A stretch of 64,000 nt of DNA from Candidatus Levybacteria bacterium RIFCSPHIGHO2_01_FULL_40_16 (GTDB lineage Bacteria; Patescibacteriota; Microgenomatia; Levybacterales; UBA12049), in contig MFNS01000006.1 in NCBI GenBank assembly GCA_001783805.1, forward strand, positions 34,095 to 98,094. The letters are read 5' to 3'. Below the pieces are notes generated by a model, which was given only the letters and a program-made list of their open reading frames with translations, did no database searches and was not told the origin of the DNA. Of this stretch, positions 1 to 8,664 are shown in pieces (position 1 is the stretch's first letter; each line of letters opens with the position of its first letter). Both the position numbers and the translations under genes were made by a program.

Positions 1-1
1 A

Positions 2-574
2 AAAAGAGTCAGAGGGAATAAAATGTATGGAGGGCAGTCTACTCATCTTCCGCTCAGAGTCAATCAGGCAGGAGTAATTCCAATAATCTTTGCTGTTTCC
101 CTGGTTCTTCTGCCTTCAATCGTTGCAAATTACCTAACCGCTTCTTCAAACAAACTGTTAAGCTCAATAGCGGTTACGGTTACCGGATTGTTTAATCCAT
201 CGGGGCCGTTCTATAACAGTCTTTATTTCTTGTTAGTTGTAGGTTTTACCTATTTCTATACGGCTGTAATATTCTCTCCCAAAAAAATCGCAGAGGAAAT
301 TCAAAAATATGGAGGATTTATCCCGGGAATTAGACCGGGAACTCCGACAGCCAGCTATTTAAATTATGTGTTAACACGTATAACCTTGGCCGGTGCAACT
401 TTTTTGGGTATTATCGCAATTTTTCCAACTATCGCTAAGGCCTTTACAAATATTCAGACGCTTTTATTAGGAGGAACAGGAATTCTCATCGTTGTTTCGG
501 TAGTTTTGGAAACTATTAAAGCAGTTGAGGCGCAGTTGGTAATGAGAAACTACGAAGGATATAATAAAAGGTAG
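2..574 (+). CDS. secY: Preprotein translocase SecY, C-terminal part (5' truncated by window)
   Basis: LPLRVNQAGVIPIIFA, GGFIPGIRPG, GGTGILIVVSV motifs; upstream of adk. Confidence 0.97.
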   Translation, partial: KRVRGNKMYGGQSTHLPLRVNQAGVIPIIFAVSLVLLPSIVANYLTASSNKLLSSIAVTVTGLFNPSGPFYNSLYFLLVVGFTYFYTAVIFSPKKIAEEIQKYGGFIPGIRPGTPTASYLNYVLTRITLAGATFLGIIAIFPTIAKAFTNIQTLLLGGTGILIVVSVVLETIKAVEAQLVMRNYEGYNKR

Positions 575-578
575 TCTT

Positions 579-1121
579 ATGAAGATAATCTTGATTGGGA
601 TACAGGGTTCAGGAAAATCGACTCAAGGAAATTTGCTTTCCGAAAAACTTTCTATTCCCTATCTGTCGACAGGGCATATTATTCGAGAAATGGCAAAAGA
701 AAAGACAACGATGGGCAGGTATATTAAGGAAACAACTTATTCCGGTCTTTTAATTCCGGATGACATTATGATTCCTATAGTTGCTGATTATTTAGCCAGA
801 AAAGAATACCAAAATGGTTTTATTCTGGATGGATTTCCAAGGACTATTGAGCAAGCCGAAAAATTTCCTGCGCATATAGATAAGGTAATTTATCTAAGCG
901 TCTCGGATAAAGAAGCCCTTTGGAGGTTAAGCGGACAGAATGGCAACGGCGAACGTCATGATGATACGCTTTCTGCAATAAGAAAACGCATTGAGTTATT
1001 TCATAAGCTTACCGAACCGGTGCTTGATTTTTACAAAAAGAAAGGTCGCTTGGTAGAAATTGACGGAGAAAAACCCATTGAGGAAATTTTCAAAGAGATT
1101 TTGAAGAAGGTAAAAAGCTAA
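579..1121 (+). CDS. adk: Adenylate kinase (short LID type)
   Basis: P-loop GIQGSGKST, LSTG, FILDGFPR; follows secY. Confidence 0.93.
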   Translation: MKIILIGIQGSGKSTQGNLLSEKLSIPYLSTGHIIREMAKEKTTMGRYIKETTYSGLLIPDDIMIPIVADYLARKEYQNGFILDGFPRTIEQAEKFPAHIDKVIYLSVSDKEALWRLSGQNGNGERHDDTLSAIRKRIELFHKLTEPVLDFYKKKGRLVEIDGEKPIEEIFKEILKKVKS

Positions 1122-1123
1122 GC

Positions 1124-1702
1124 GTGTTAATACATAAGCCTCTTATTATCGGGATCACAGGAGCATTTGGAAGCGGTAAGTCAACGACCGCGGATTTTCT
1201 CAAAAGTCTTGGATTTACAAAAGTGAGCCTTGCGCAATTTTTGGAAGAGGAATTAAGAGATCGGGGAGAAAAAAAGATTACCCGTAAACTTCTTCAAGAT
1301 CTGGGAAATGCTTGGCGAGAAAAATACGGAGCAGGAATTCTCGCCAAAAAAGCGCTGGGGCTAATTGAGAAAAAAGCCATGCAAAAAGTAGTCGTTGAGG
1401 GTTTTAGGAATAGTGCAGAGATTGACAAATTCCGCAAGCAAGGCAATTTTAAATTAATTGGTATTGTTGCAAACCGGAGAATCCGTTTCGGACGGCTCAA
1501 AAAATTAGACAGGAGAGAAAAATTAAATTGGGAGCTGTTTAATGAACTCGACAATCGGGATTTGGGGATCGGGGAAGAAAAGAATGGATTACAAGTGGCA
1601 ATTTGTCTGGCCTTATCCGACATCTTTATTGAGAACAACCGTGGTTTGGAAGAGTTTAAAAATAAAATTAAAAAAGCAATTAAAGAGAAAATTAATGACT
1701 AA
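1124..1702 (+). CDS. P-loop nucleoside monophosphate/dephospho-CoA kinase-like protein
   Basis: IIGITGAFGSGKST, VVEGFRN, RFGRL..LDRRE, DIFIENN; GTG start. Confidence 0.7.
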   Translation: MLIHKPLIIGITGAFGSGKSTTADFLKSLGFTKVSLAQFLEEELRDRGEKKITRKLLQDLGNAWREKYGAGILAKKALGLIEKKAMQKVVVEGFRNSAEIDKFRKQGNFKLIGIVANRRIRFGRLKKLDRREKLNWELFNELDNRDLGIGEEKNGLQVAICLALSDIFIENNRGLEEFKNKIKKAIKEKIND

Positions 1703-2399
1703 TAAAAATATTTCAATCGCAATAGACGGTCCGGTTGGAGCCGGCAAAGGGACGCTGGCAATAACGCTGGCAAAAAAACTAAATGCTCTTTATGTCTATA
1801 CGGGCGCAATGTACCGGGAGCTTGCTCTTGCGTGTTTGAGAGAAAAAACAGATATTAAGGATGAAGAAAAAGTTTTTGAAGTGCTCAATAAAATTTCTAT
1901 TGAATTTAAGCCTACGAATGAAGGAATAAAGGCATTTTTAAATGGTGAGGATGTAGCAGACGAAATCTTTAAACCATATGTTGGTAAAGCAGTGTCGGTG
2001 GTAGCCGCATTTCCAAAAGTTAGGAAAGAAATGGTTCTAAGACAAAGAAAAATAGCTGAAGACGCAATTAAGAATGGGAAAAACGTTGTTATGGAAGGGC
2101 GAGATATTTCAACAGATGTAATTCCAAATGCCGATCTGAAAATTTATTTGACAGCGGACATCAATATAAGAGCGCAGAGACGATTTAAGCAATTGGAGGA
2201 AAGGGGGATTAAAACAAGTTTTGATGAGGTTTTAAAAGATATACAGGAAAGAGATCGGCAAGATATTCAAAGAAACGTTTCTCCGTTAAAAATAGCTGAG
2301 AATGCAATCGTGATAGATACAACAGATGATCGGATTGAGCAAACTATGGAAAAAGTTGAAAAAGCGATGGAAAAATTGAGAGAAGAAAACTTAATATGA
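1695..2399 (+). CDS. cmk: Cytidylate kinase
   Basis: IAIDGPVGAGKGT, TGAMYR, VMEGRDI, KIYLTA; start moved to ATG 1695. Confidence 0.95.
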   Translation: MTNKNISIAIDGPVGAGKGTLAITLAKKLNALYVYTGAMYRELALACLREKTDIKDEEKVFEVLNKISIEFKPTNEGIKAFLNGEDVADEIFKPYVGKAVSVVAAFPKVRKEMVLRQRKIAEDAIKNGKNVVMEGRDISTDVIPNADLKIYLTADINIRAQRRFKQLEERGIKTSFDEVLKDIQERDRQDIQRNVSPLKIAENAIVIDTTDDRIEQTMEKVEKAMEKLREENLI

Positions 2400-3172
2400 T
2401 TAATTTAAAAACTAAAGAAGAGATTGAAATAATGCGCGCGGGCGGAAAAATCTTGGCGGATGTTTTGTTTGAAGTTCTAAAACATGTAAGAGTTGGCGTT
2501 TCAGAACTAGAGCTTGATCAATTAGCAGAAAAATTGATTTTGAATAAAGGCGGAGAGCCGGGATTTAAAAAAGTAGAGGGATACAAACATACTATTTGTA
2601 TTTCTACGAATGATGTTGTTGTTCACGGAATTCCGACTGAATATAAATTAAAAGAAGGCGATGTAATTGGTATAGATTGCGGGGTGTACTATAAAGGATT
2701 TCATACGGATATGGCGCAAACGCTTCGCGTTTCAACTCAAAACTCAAAGCTCAAAACTCAAAACTACAATAAGATCGATAAATTTTTGCAGGCTGGAGAA
2801 AAAGCGATGTGGAAGGGAATAAAAGCTGCTAAGCCGGGAAATAGGATTGGAGACATCTCCAAAGCAATTCAGGGGGTGGTAGAAGGGCAAGGCTATGCAG
2901 TCGTTAGAAGCCTAATCGGGCATGGGGTTGGAAAAGAGCTTCATGAGGATCCTGAAGTTCCGGGATTTCTGGATGATCCTGCCTTGGAAACTCCTCTTTT
3001 GAAAGAGGGAATGACGATAGCGATTGAGGCAATCTACAATATGGGTAAAAGTGACGTTGTTTATTCAGGAAATGACGGATGGACGATAAAAAGTAAAGAC
3101 GGAAGCCTATCTGGACTTTTTGAACGGACAATTGCCATTACTCGTCAAGAACCAATTATTTTAACGAAATAG
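2396..3172 (+). CDS. map: Methionine aminopeptidase type I, with repeat-derived insertion STQNSKLKTQNY
   Basis: VVHGIP, IDCG, HTDMA, GHGVG..LHEDP, IAIE, FERT motifs. Confidence 0.96.
   Translation: MINLKTKEEIEIMRAGGKILADVLFEVLKHVRVGVSELELDQLAEKLILNKGGEPGFKKVEGYKHTICISTNDVVVHGIPTEYKLKEGDVIGIDCGVYYKGFHTDMAQTLRVSTQNSKLKTQNYNKIDKFLQAGEKAMWKGIKAAKPGNRIGDISKAIQGVVEGQGYAVVRSLIGHGVGKELHEDPEVPGFLDDPALETPLLKEGMTIAIEAIYNMGKSDVVYSGNDGWTIKSKDGSLSGLFERTIAITRQEPIILTK
2737..2764 (+). repeat. Heptamer array in map
   Basis: TCAAAAC TCAAAGC TCAAAAC TCAAAAC. Confidence 0.9.
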
Positions 3173-3192
3173 TTGCCCTTTGTAGGCTGGTT

Positions 3193-3201
3193 TGATATAA
3201 T
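3193..3201 (+). promoter_or_regulatory. Extended -10 promoter upstream of infA
   Basis: TGaTATAAT. Confidence 0.55.
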
Positions 3202-3210
3202 ATACAGTGT

Positions 3211-3282
3211 TAATTTCTAATTTCTAATTCCTAATTTCTAAAAATATTTAGGTCAATTAGGTCAATTAGTGATTAGGAATTT
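3211..3282. repeat. Paired inverted heptamer arms in infA leader
   Basis: TAATTTC TAATTTC TAATTCC TAATTTC then TTAGGTCAA x2, TTAGTGA, TTAGGAA. Confidence 0.8.
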
Positions 3283-3288
3283 TTTATT

Positions 3289-3507
3289 ATGGCTCATCAG
3301 GGATCTTTTGAGATAGAGGGAGTAGTTAAAGAATCGTTACCGAATACCCTTTTTAGAGTAGAACTAACAAATGGAGTGATAATTCTTTGTCATTTATCAG
3401 GCAAGATGAGGATGAATTTTATTAAAATATTGCCCGGAGACAAAGTAAGAGTCGAAATGACTCTTTACGATAAGACAAAGGGCAGAATAGTATACAGATA
3501 CAAGTGA
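3289..3507 (+). CDS. infA: Translation initiation factor IF-1
   Basis: [36 protein letters not shown]. Confidence 0.97.
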   Translation: MAHQGSFEIEGVVKESLPNTLFRVELTNGVIILCHLSGKMRMNFIKILPGDKVRVEMTLYDKTKGRIVYRYK

Positions 3508-3513
3508 ATTGTT

Positions 3514-3627
3514 ATGAAAGTTCAGTCAAGTGTTAAGAAAAGATGCGTTAAATGCAGGATAATCAGGCGCGCAGGTGTTGTAAGGGTTGTTTGCGAAGTC
3601 CCCAAGCACAAGCAAAGACAAGGATAA
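3514..3627 (+). CDS. rpmJ: 50S ribosomal protein L36 (below ORF-track cutoff)
   Basis: Hand translation [37 protein letters not shown]. Confidence 0.97.
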   Translation: MKVQSSVKKRCVKCRIIRRAGVVRVVCEVPKHKQRQG

Positions 3628-3633
3628 ATTAAG

Positions 3634-3700
3634 GTCATCCTGAACTTGTTTCAGGATCCCGAAAGAAATTTGGGAGATACTGAAATAAATTCAGCATGAC
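3634..3700. repeat. Palindromic REP/MITE-like element, copy 1
   Basis: GTCATCCTGAACTTGTTTCAGGATC...GATACTGAAATAAATTCAGCATGAC; second copy at 63283. Confidence 0.85.
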
Positions 3701-3722
3701 ATTGAAATAAGCAGGGATAAAT

Positions 3723-4124
3723 ATGAGAATTGCCGGATATAATTTACAAGATCTGAAAAGAGTTGATATTGCTTTAACTTATATTTATGGAATCGGACGC
3801 AAAAATGTTGTAAGCATCCTTAAAAAGGCAGAAGTAGAGGGTAACAAAAGAGTAAAGTCTTTGTCCGAAGATGAGCAAAAAAGAATTCAAAAAGTTTTGG
3901 AAGGATATAAGCTGGAAGGAGACTTAAGGGCTGAAGTACACGGAAACATCAAAAGATTAAAAGAAATCGGCTCTTACAGGGGCTCACGGCATAGCAAGAA
4001 CTTGCCCGTTCGCGGTCAGCGCACAAGATCAAATGCCAGAACAAAAAGAGGAAAGAGGGTTACAATCGGAGCTATCAAGAAAGAGGAAGCAGTGAAAACA
4101 GAAACGCAAAAGGAGACGAAATAA
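3723..4124 (+). CDS. rpsM: 30S ribosomal protein S13
   Basis: RIAG, ALTYIYGIG, YRGSRH..NLPVRGQRTRSNARTKRG. Confidence 0.98.
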   Translation: MRIAGYNLQDLKRVDIALTYIYGIGRKNVVSILKKAEVEGNKRVKSLSEDEQKRIQKVLEGYKLEGDLRAEVHGNIKRLKEIGSYRGSRHSKNLPVRGQRTRSNARTKRGKRVTIGAIKKEEAVKTETQKETK

Positions 4125-4127
4125 ACT

Positions 4128-4559
4128 ATGCCAGATTTTAAAGAAAATCCGAAAGTAAATGTTAAGTCAAATGCGACCAGCATAAAGAAAGCAAAAAAAA
4201 CTCAGGTTGCAGTATCCAGTACGGGACGCGCATATATAACCTCTACGTTCAACAACACTCTTATCACAGTGACAAACGATAAGGGAGATCCGATTGGCTG
4301 GAGCTCAGCAGGATCAGCAGGTTTTAAAGGTACGAGAAAATCTACCCCTTTTGCAGCAACTAGCGCAATGGAAGCCGTTGTTAAAAAAGCAGTTGAAAAA
4401 GGTTTGAAAACAGTTGAGGTATATGTTAAGGGTCCCGGAGCAGGCAGAGACTCGGCCCTAAGAGCAATTAAAAGCGGCGGATTATCGATCTCTTTAATTG
4501 CAGACATCACGCCGGTTCCGCATAATGGACCAAGAGCGAAGAAGAAAAGAAGAATTTAG
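4128..4559 (+). CDS. rpsK: 30S ribosomal protein S11
   Basis: [37 protein letters not shown]. Confidence 0.98.
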   Translation: MPDFKENPKVNVKSNATSIKKAKKTQVAVSSTGRAYITSTFNNTLITVTNDKGDPIGWSSAGSAGFKGTRKSTPFAATSAMEAVVKKAVEKGLKTVEVYVKGPGAGRDSALRAIKSGGLSISLIADITPVPHNGPRAKKKRRI

Positions 4560-4562
4560 AAT

Positions 4563-5171
4563 ATGGCTAGATATACAGGACCAAAACATAAAATAGCAAG
4601 ACGTGAGGGTGTAAATATCCTTGAAAAGGAATCTGCAAGCTTACAAAGACGTTTGAATGTTCCCCCGGGCGGACTTCATGGCAGGAAGATGAAAAGGAGG
4701 CTTTCCGAATATGGACAACAGATGCGTGAAAAGCAAAAAGCCAAAGCCATATATGGGCTCTTGGAAAAACAGTTTAGCAATTTAGTTAAAATGGTGGGCC
4801 GCAAAAAAGGCGAGACAGGAGAAATGTTGATATCCCTTTTGGAGACGAGACTTGACAATATAGTCTTTCGTTTGGGATTTGCTAAAACTAGAGCAATGGC
4901 CAGACAAATGGTCGGACACGGACAGATTCTCGTAAATGACAAAAGATTAAATATTCCTTCTTATAAAGTAGAATTGAATGATGTTGTAACGCTTACTCCG
5001 AAAGCGCAAAAAAACCCGCAAGTACTGGCACTATTGGAAGAAAAAGATAAGATTATAATACCTTTTTTAAAAAGGCAGGGAACTTCGGGAAAGCTTGTCA
5101 GAATGCCCAAAAAAGAAGATGTACAGGTTCCATTCGATTTACAGTTGATTATTGAATATTATTCCAGATAG
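4563..5171 (+). CDS. rpsD: 30S ribosomal protein S4
   Basis: MARYTGP, SEYGQQMREKQK, LETRLDNIVFRLG, IIEYYSR. Confidence 0.98.
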   Translation: MARYTGPKHKIARREGVNILEKESASLQRRLNVPPGGLHGRKMKRRLSEYGQQMREKQKAKAIYGLLEKQFSNLVKMVGRKKGETGEMLISLLETRLDNIVFRLGFAKTRAMARQMVGHGQILVNDKRLNIPSYKVELNDVVTLTPKAQKNPQVLALLEEKDKIIIPFLKRQGTSGKLVRMPKKEDVQVPFDLQLIIEYYSR

Positions 5172-5187
5172 TGGTAAAATAACGTTT

Positions 5188-6111
5188 ATGGCTAATCCAG
5201 CGTTTAAGGTAAAAGAAGAAAAAATCGCTGAAAATCACAGCGAATTTGCAATAGAGCCTTTGGAGCCGGGATACGGTCATACCTTGGGTAATGCCTTAAG
5301 GAGAACTCTTCTTACTTCTATTCCTGGTGCAGCTGTAACATCAATAAAAATAACTGGTGTAAGGCATAGGTTCTCAACGATTCCGGGAGTTAAAGAAAAT
5401 GTCGTTGATTTCTTGCTTAATATGAAGGGCTTGAACTTTCGTCTTCTTGACGAATCAAGCAAAGGCAAAGCATCATTATCTGTAAAAGGGTCAAAGAAAA
5501 TAACTGGTGCAGATTTTGATCTTCCTGAGAATGTTGAGATTGTTAATAAAGATCACTATGTAGCATCTATTAATGACAAAAAAGCTAAGCTTGAGATGGA
5601 ATTAACAATTGAGCAGGGATTAGGGTATTCATCCGCGGAAGAAAGACGAAGCACAACGTTGGGGCTCATCCCCACAGATGCCGTATTTACCCCTGTTAAG
5701 AGAGTAAGCTATGAAGTTTCCGCTACCCGGGTCGGAAGACAGACAGATTTGGATAAATTGGTATTAAGCGTCTGGACAAATGGAATTGTTAGTCCGAAAG
5801 ATGCGCTCGTTGAGGCATCTAAAATTTTAACCGCATATTTTCTGCAGGTTTATGAGCCAAAATCTGTGATTTCTTCAGAATCAATCAGTGCAAAGCCGTC
5901 AATTGCAGACAACATTTCCAAATTGACTATTGATGAGCTAGATCTGCCAACTAGAATCTACAATAGTCTTAGAAATGGCGGAATTGAAACATTGGGTCAG
6001 CTTTTAGCTACCACAAAGAAGGACCTGATATCAATGCGTAATATGGGAAACAAATCTATAATGGTCGTTGAAGAAAAACTTAAAGAAAAAGGCGTAGCAT
6101 TAACGCAATAA
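5188..6111 (+). CDS. rpoA: RNA polymerase alpha subunit
   Basis: IEPLEPGYGHTLGNALRRTLL, DAVFTPV, TRVG..TDLDKL; start moved to ATG 5188. Confidence 0.98.
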   Translation: MANPAFKVKEEKIAENHSEFAIEPLEPGYGHTLGNALRRTLLTSIPGAAVTSIKITGVRHRFSTIPGVKENVVDFLLNMKGLNFRLLDESSKGKASLSVKGSKKITGADFDLPENVEIVNKDHYVASINDKKAKLEMELTIEQGLGYSSAEERRSTTLGLIPTDAVFTPVKRVSYEVSATRVGRQTDLDKLVLSVWTNGIVSPKDALVEASKILTAYFLQVYEPKSVISSESISAKPSIADNISKLTIDELDLPTRIYNSLRNGGIETLGQLLATTKKDLISMRNMGNKSIMVVEEKLKEKGVALTQ

Positions 6112-6119
6112 ATTGCGTT

Positions 6120-6256
6120 AAAGTTCAAATCTTAAAGCTCAAAGCTCAAAGCTACAGCTCAAATCTTAAAACTATTCTAAAAGATTTAAAGTTTTTAGAT
6201 TTAGTTTTGACTTTTGACATTTCCCCCTCTGGGGACAGGTGAGTTTTGAGTTTTTT
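6120..6256. repeat. Paired inverted heptamer arms between rpoA and rplQ with a nested small hairpin
   Basis: Left AAAGTTC AAATCTT AAAGCTC AAAGCTC; right TTTTGAC TTTTGAC..TTTTGAG; TCCCCCTCTGGGGA at 6222-6235. Confidence 0.85.
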
Positions 6257-6259
6257 AAT

Positions 6260-6721
6260 ATGAGAAAGAATGTTTTCGGAAGACAATTTAGCAGAGATAC
6301 GAATGAAAGAAAGTCGCTTTTTAAGAGTCTTATCTCTGCTCTAATTCTTCAAGAAAGCATTCAGACAACCTTGGAAAAAGCAAAGGCAATAAAGGGAGAC
6401 GTTGATAAAATCATAAATCAAGCCAAAAGAGGAAATGAAAGGCAAGCGATCCAACTTTTGCAACGCAGTCTTGGAGTAGAGGCACTTAATAAAGTTATAA
6501 AAGATTTGTTGCCTCGATTTAAAGATCGGACCAGCGGATACACAAGAATTATAAAATTAGGCAGGAGATTTTCGGACAATGCCGCGATGGTCGTGATGGA
6601 ATGGGTGGTAAAACCAGAAATTAAAAATGAAAAATTAAAAATGAAAAATGACGTTAAGAAATTATTAGCGGGAAAAATTGAGGAAAAACAAAAAGCAAAA
6701 GGAAAGGTTGCAAAGAAATGA
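6260..6721 (+). CDS. rplQ: 50S ribosomal protein L17 with basic C-terminal tail
   Basis: FSRDTNERKSL, IQTTLEKAK, RTSGYTRIIKLG.R..D.A.M; start moved to ATG 6260. Confidence 0.96.
   Translation: MRKNVFGRQFSRDTNERKSLFKSLISALILQESIQTTLEKAKAIKGDVDKIINQAKRGNERQAIQLLQRSLGVEALNKVIKDLLPRFKDRTSGYTRIIKLGRRFSDNAAMVVMEWVVKPEIKNEKLKMKNDVKKLLAGKIEEKQKAKGKVAKK
6618..6652 (+). repeat. Heptamer array in rplQ tail
   Basis: AAATTAA AAATGAA AAATTAA AAATGAA AAATGAC. Confidence 0.85.
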
Positions 6722-7143
6722 ATCAACAGATGACAACATCAACAAAATTATCGCAAATAAGCCGCGGATGGCGTCTATTTGATGTCAATGAAAAAACTCT
6801 CGGTAGGGTCGCAAGTGAGATTGCGACAGTATTGATGGGTAAATCAAAACCGTATTTTGTCAGCAATTTGGATTGCGGAGATTTCGTTGTTGTAATTAAT
6901 GCAGAGAAAATAAAGGTGTCGGGAAGAAAAGAGCTGCTTAAGAAATATTTTCGCCATTCAGGTTATCCGGGTGGAGATATTCAAGAGTCTTTGGCGGATT
7001 TACGGAAAAGAAATCCTACAGACATAATTAAATTTGCAATTATGGGAATGTTGCCGCAGAATAAATTACAGGATAAAATGTTAACCAGACTGTTTATCTT
7101 TAAAGGCGCAGAACATCCTTATGCCGATAAGTTTAAAAAATAA
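6718..7143 (+). CDS. rplM: 50S ribosomal protein L13
   Basis: TLGRVASEIA..LMGK.KP, DCGDFVVVINAEK, HSGYPGG, GMLP.N. Confidence 0.97.
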   Translation: MNQQMTTSTKLSQISRGWRLFDVNEKTLGRVASEIATVLMGKSKPYFVSNLDCGDFVVVINAEKIKVSGRKELLKKYFRHSGYPGGDIQESLADLRKRNPTDIIKFAIMGMLPQNKLQDKMLTRLFIFKGAEHPYADKFKK

Positions 7144-7145
7144 TT

Positions 7146-7586
7146 ATGGATAAAACAGAAGAAAAAAATTTTGTTTTTGCGATTGGCAGACGTAAGTCTT
7201 CAACAGCAGAAGTTCATCTATATAAAAAAGACGCTACGGTTTGGGGAGGAACAGCTGTTAAAAAAGGAGAATTTTTTGTCAATAACAAGCCGGCTTTAGA
7301 ATATTTTGGTAAAAGTTTTGAAAAGACTTACAGAGAGCCTTTGGAGATTACAGGAATGCAGGATAAGCTGGCCGTATCCGTTCAGGTTCGAGGCGGAGGG
7401 AAAATGGGTCAGCTTGAAGCGGCGATTTTGGCCATAGCCAGAGCTTTAGATAAGATCGATCGGGAAAAATTTCACTCTATTCTTAAGAAAAAGGGGATGT
7501 TAACCCGTGATCCAAGAGTTAGAGAAAGAAGGAAAGTCGGCATGGGTGGAAAGTCCCGCAGAAGAAAACAATCTCCAAAGAGATAA
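7146..7586 (+). CDS. rpsI: 30S ribosomal protein S9
   Basis: GRRKSS.A.V, GGGKMGQ, LTRDPRVRERRK, QSPKR. Confidence 0.97.
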   Translation: MDKTEEKNFVFAIGRRKSSTAEVHLYKKDATVWGGTAVKKGEFFVNNKPALEYFGKSFEKTYREPLEITGMQDKLAVSVQVRGGGKMGQLEAAILAIARALDKIDREKFHSILKKKGMLTRDPRVRERRKVGMGGKSRRRKQSPKR

Positions 7587-7589
7587 AGT

Positions 7590-8135
7590 TTATCTTACGA
7601 ACTTTTTATAAAGTTTTAGAAATTCCTCATCTTTTTCCAGTAGCTTAGTTTCTTCTTCGCACCATAGGGAGTATTTTCCAGGATTATTTTTTACATCGTC
7701 AACAAATTCCTGCCAATTTACCCATTTAACATCTTCGACTTCGTCGCTATTCGGTTTTGGTTCTTCATCTGTGAAGGCAACCATAACCGGACAAAGTTCA
7801 TTCTCTACAATTCCGTTCATCTCCGCTTTGTAGGAAAAATCGGGTAAGATTTCCTGAACATTATCTAGATCGAGTCCTAATTCAAATTCCAATCTCCTTT
7901 TTGCCGCATCAATATTGGATTCATTTAGCATTGGGTGTCCGCAGACAGAATTAGACCATACCAATGGCCAAGTTTTCTTTTTATGACTTCTTTGTTGAAG
8001 CAATAGCTCTCCTCTTGAATTAAATAGAAAAACGGAAAAACCCCTATGTAGTGGGGTATTTACATTATGAGTTGCGAGTTTTGGGGCAGTACCTAAAACT
8101 TTATTTTGTTTATCAACAAGAACTACTTCTTCCAT
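7590..8135 (-). CDS. idi: Isopentenyl-diphosphate delta-isomerase type 1
   Basis: LHRGFSVFLFN, LLLQQRS..K.TWP.VWSNSVCGHP, ENELCPV. Confidence 0.94.
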   Translation of the reverse strand: MEEVVLVDKQNKVLGTAPKLATHNVNTPLHRGFSVFLFNSRGELLLQQRSHKKKTWPLVWSNSVCGHPMLNESNIDAAKRRLEFELGLDLDNVQEILPDFSYKAEMNGIVENELCPVMVAFTDEEPKPNSDEVEDVKWVNWQEFVDDVKNNPGKYSLWCEEETKLLEKDEEFLKLYKKFVR

Positions 8136-8440
8136 AATGCGATTAAAAAGTTAATTAATAAATAAATTAGTAAAGCTTGCCAAAAAAGAATTGAGATGAG
8201 AACGGTACTAAGAAAAATTGCAATTAGTTCCCTTTGTGATCCGTAAAAATCCAGTAAAAAAGCGCCAATTCTACCAAATACGAAAAAAGCGATAAGTCCG
8301 ATGATTGGAGAAAAAATTACAGGAAGAAGTATTGGGCGTCTGGTAACAAGTCTCACTGCCATAAGCGGGTGAAAAGTTAATCCGAGAAGGGTTTTACTCC
8401 AGATATATGCTACGAAAATAAGAAACGTCCTTTTTCTCAT
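8123..8440 (-). CDS. Small multi-pass membrane protein
   Basis: Three hydrophobic segments; overlaps neighbours operon-style. Confidence 0.7.
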   Translation of the reverse strand: MRKRTFLIFVAYIWSKTLLGLTFHPLMAVRLVTRRPILLPVIFSPIIGLIAFFVFGRIGAFLLDFYGSQRELIAIFLSTVLISILFWQALLIYLLINFLIALWKK

Positions 8441-8664
8441 AATTTTCCGAAAATTTTTAAAATTAATTCATCGTATCTTTTTCCAAGTACGCCATGAAAA
8501 ATTAAGGTAAGAATAAAAGCCAGAGGAATTAAGATTCTCCAGGGGTGATTTCCAAACCAAAAACTGACAGAGGTAAAAAGTCTTGGCAAAAACATCCCTT
8601 TGATTATTTTTTCTTGTTCTTTAGCCCTTTCTTGAAGTTTATTAAGAAATTGCTGCTCGTTCAT
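8437..8664 (-). CDS. Small membrane protein, possible anti-sigma factor
   Basis: Directly after ECF sigma; soluble N-terminus then hydrophobic segment. Confidence 0.6.
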   Translation of the reverse strand: MNEQQFLNKLQERAKEQEKIIKGMFLPRLFTSVSFWFGNHPWRILIPLAFILTLIFHGVLGKRYDELILKIFGKL

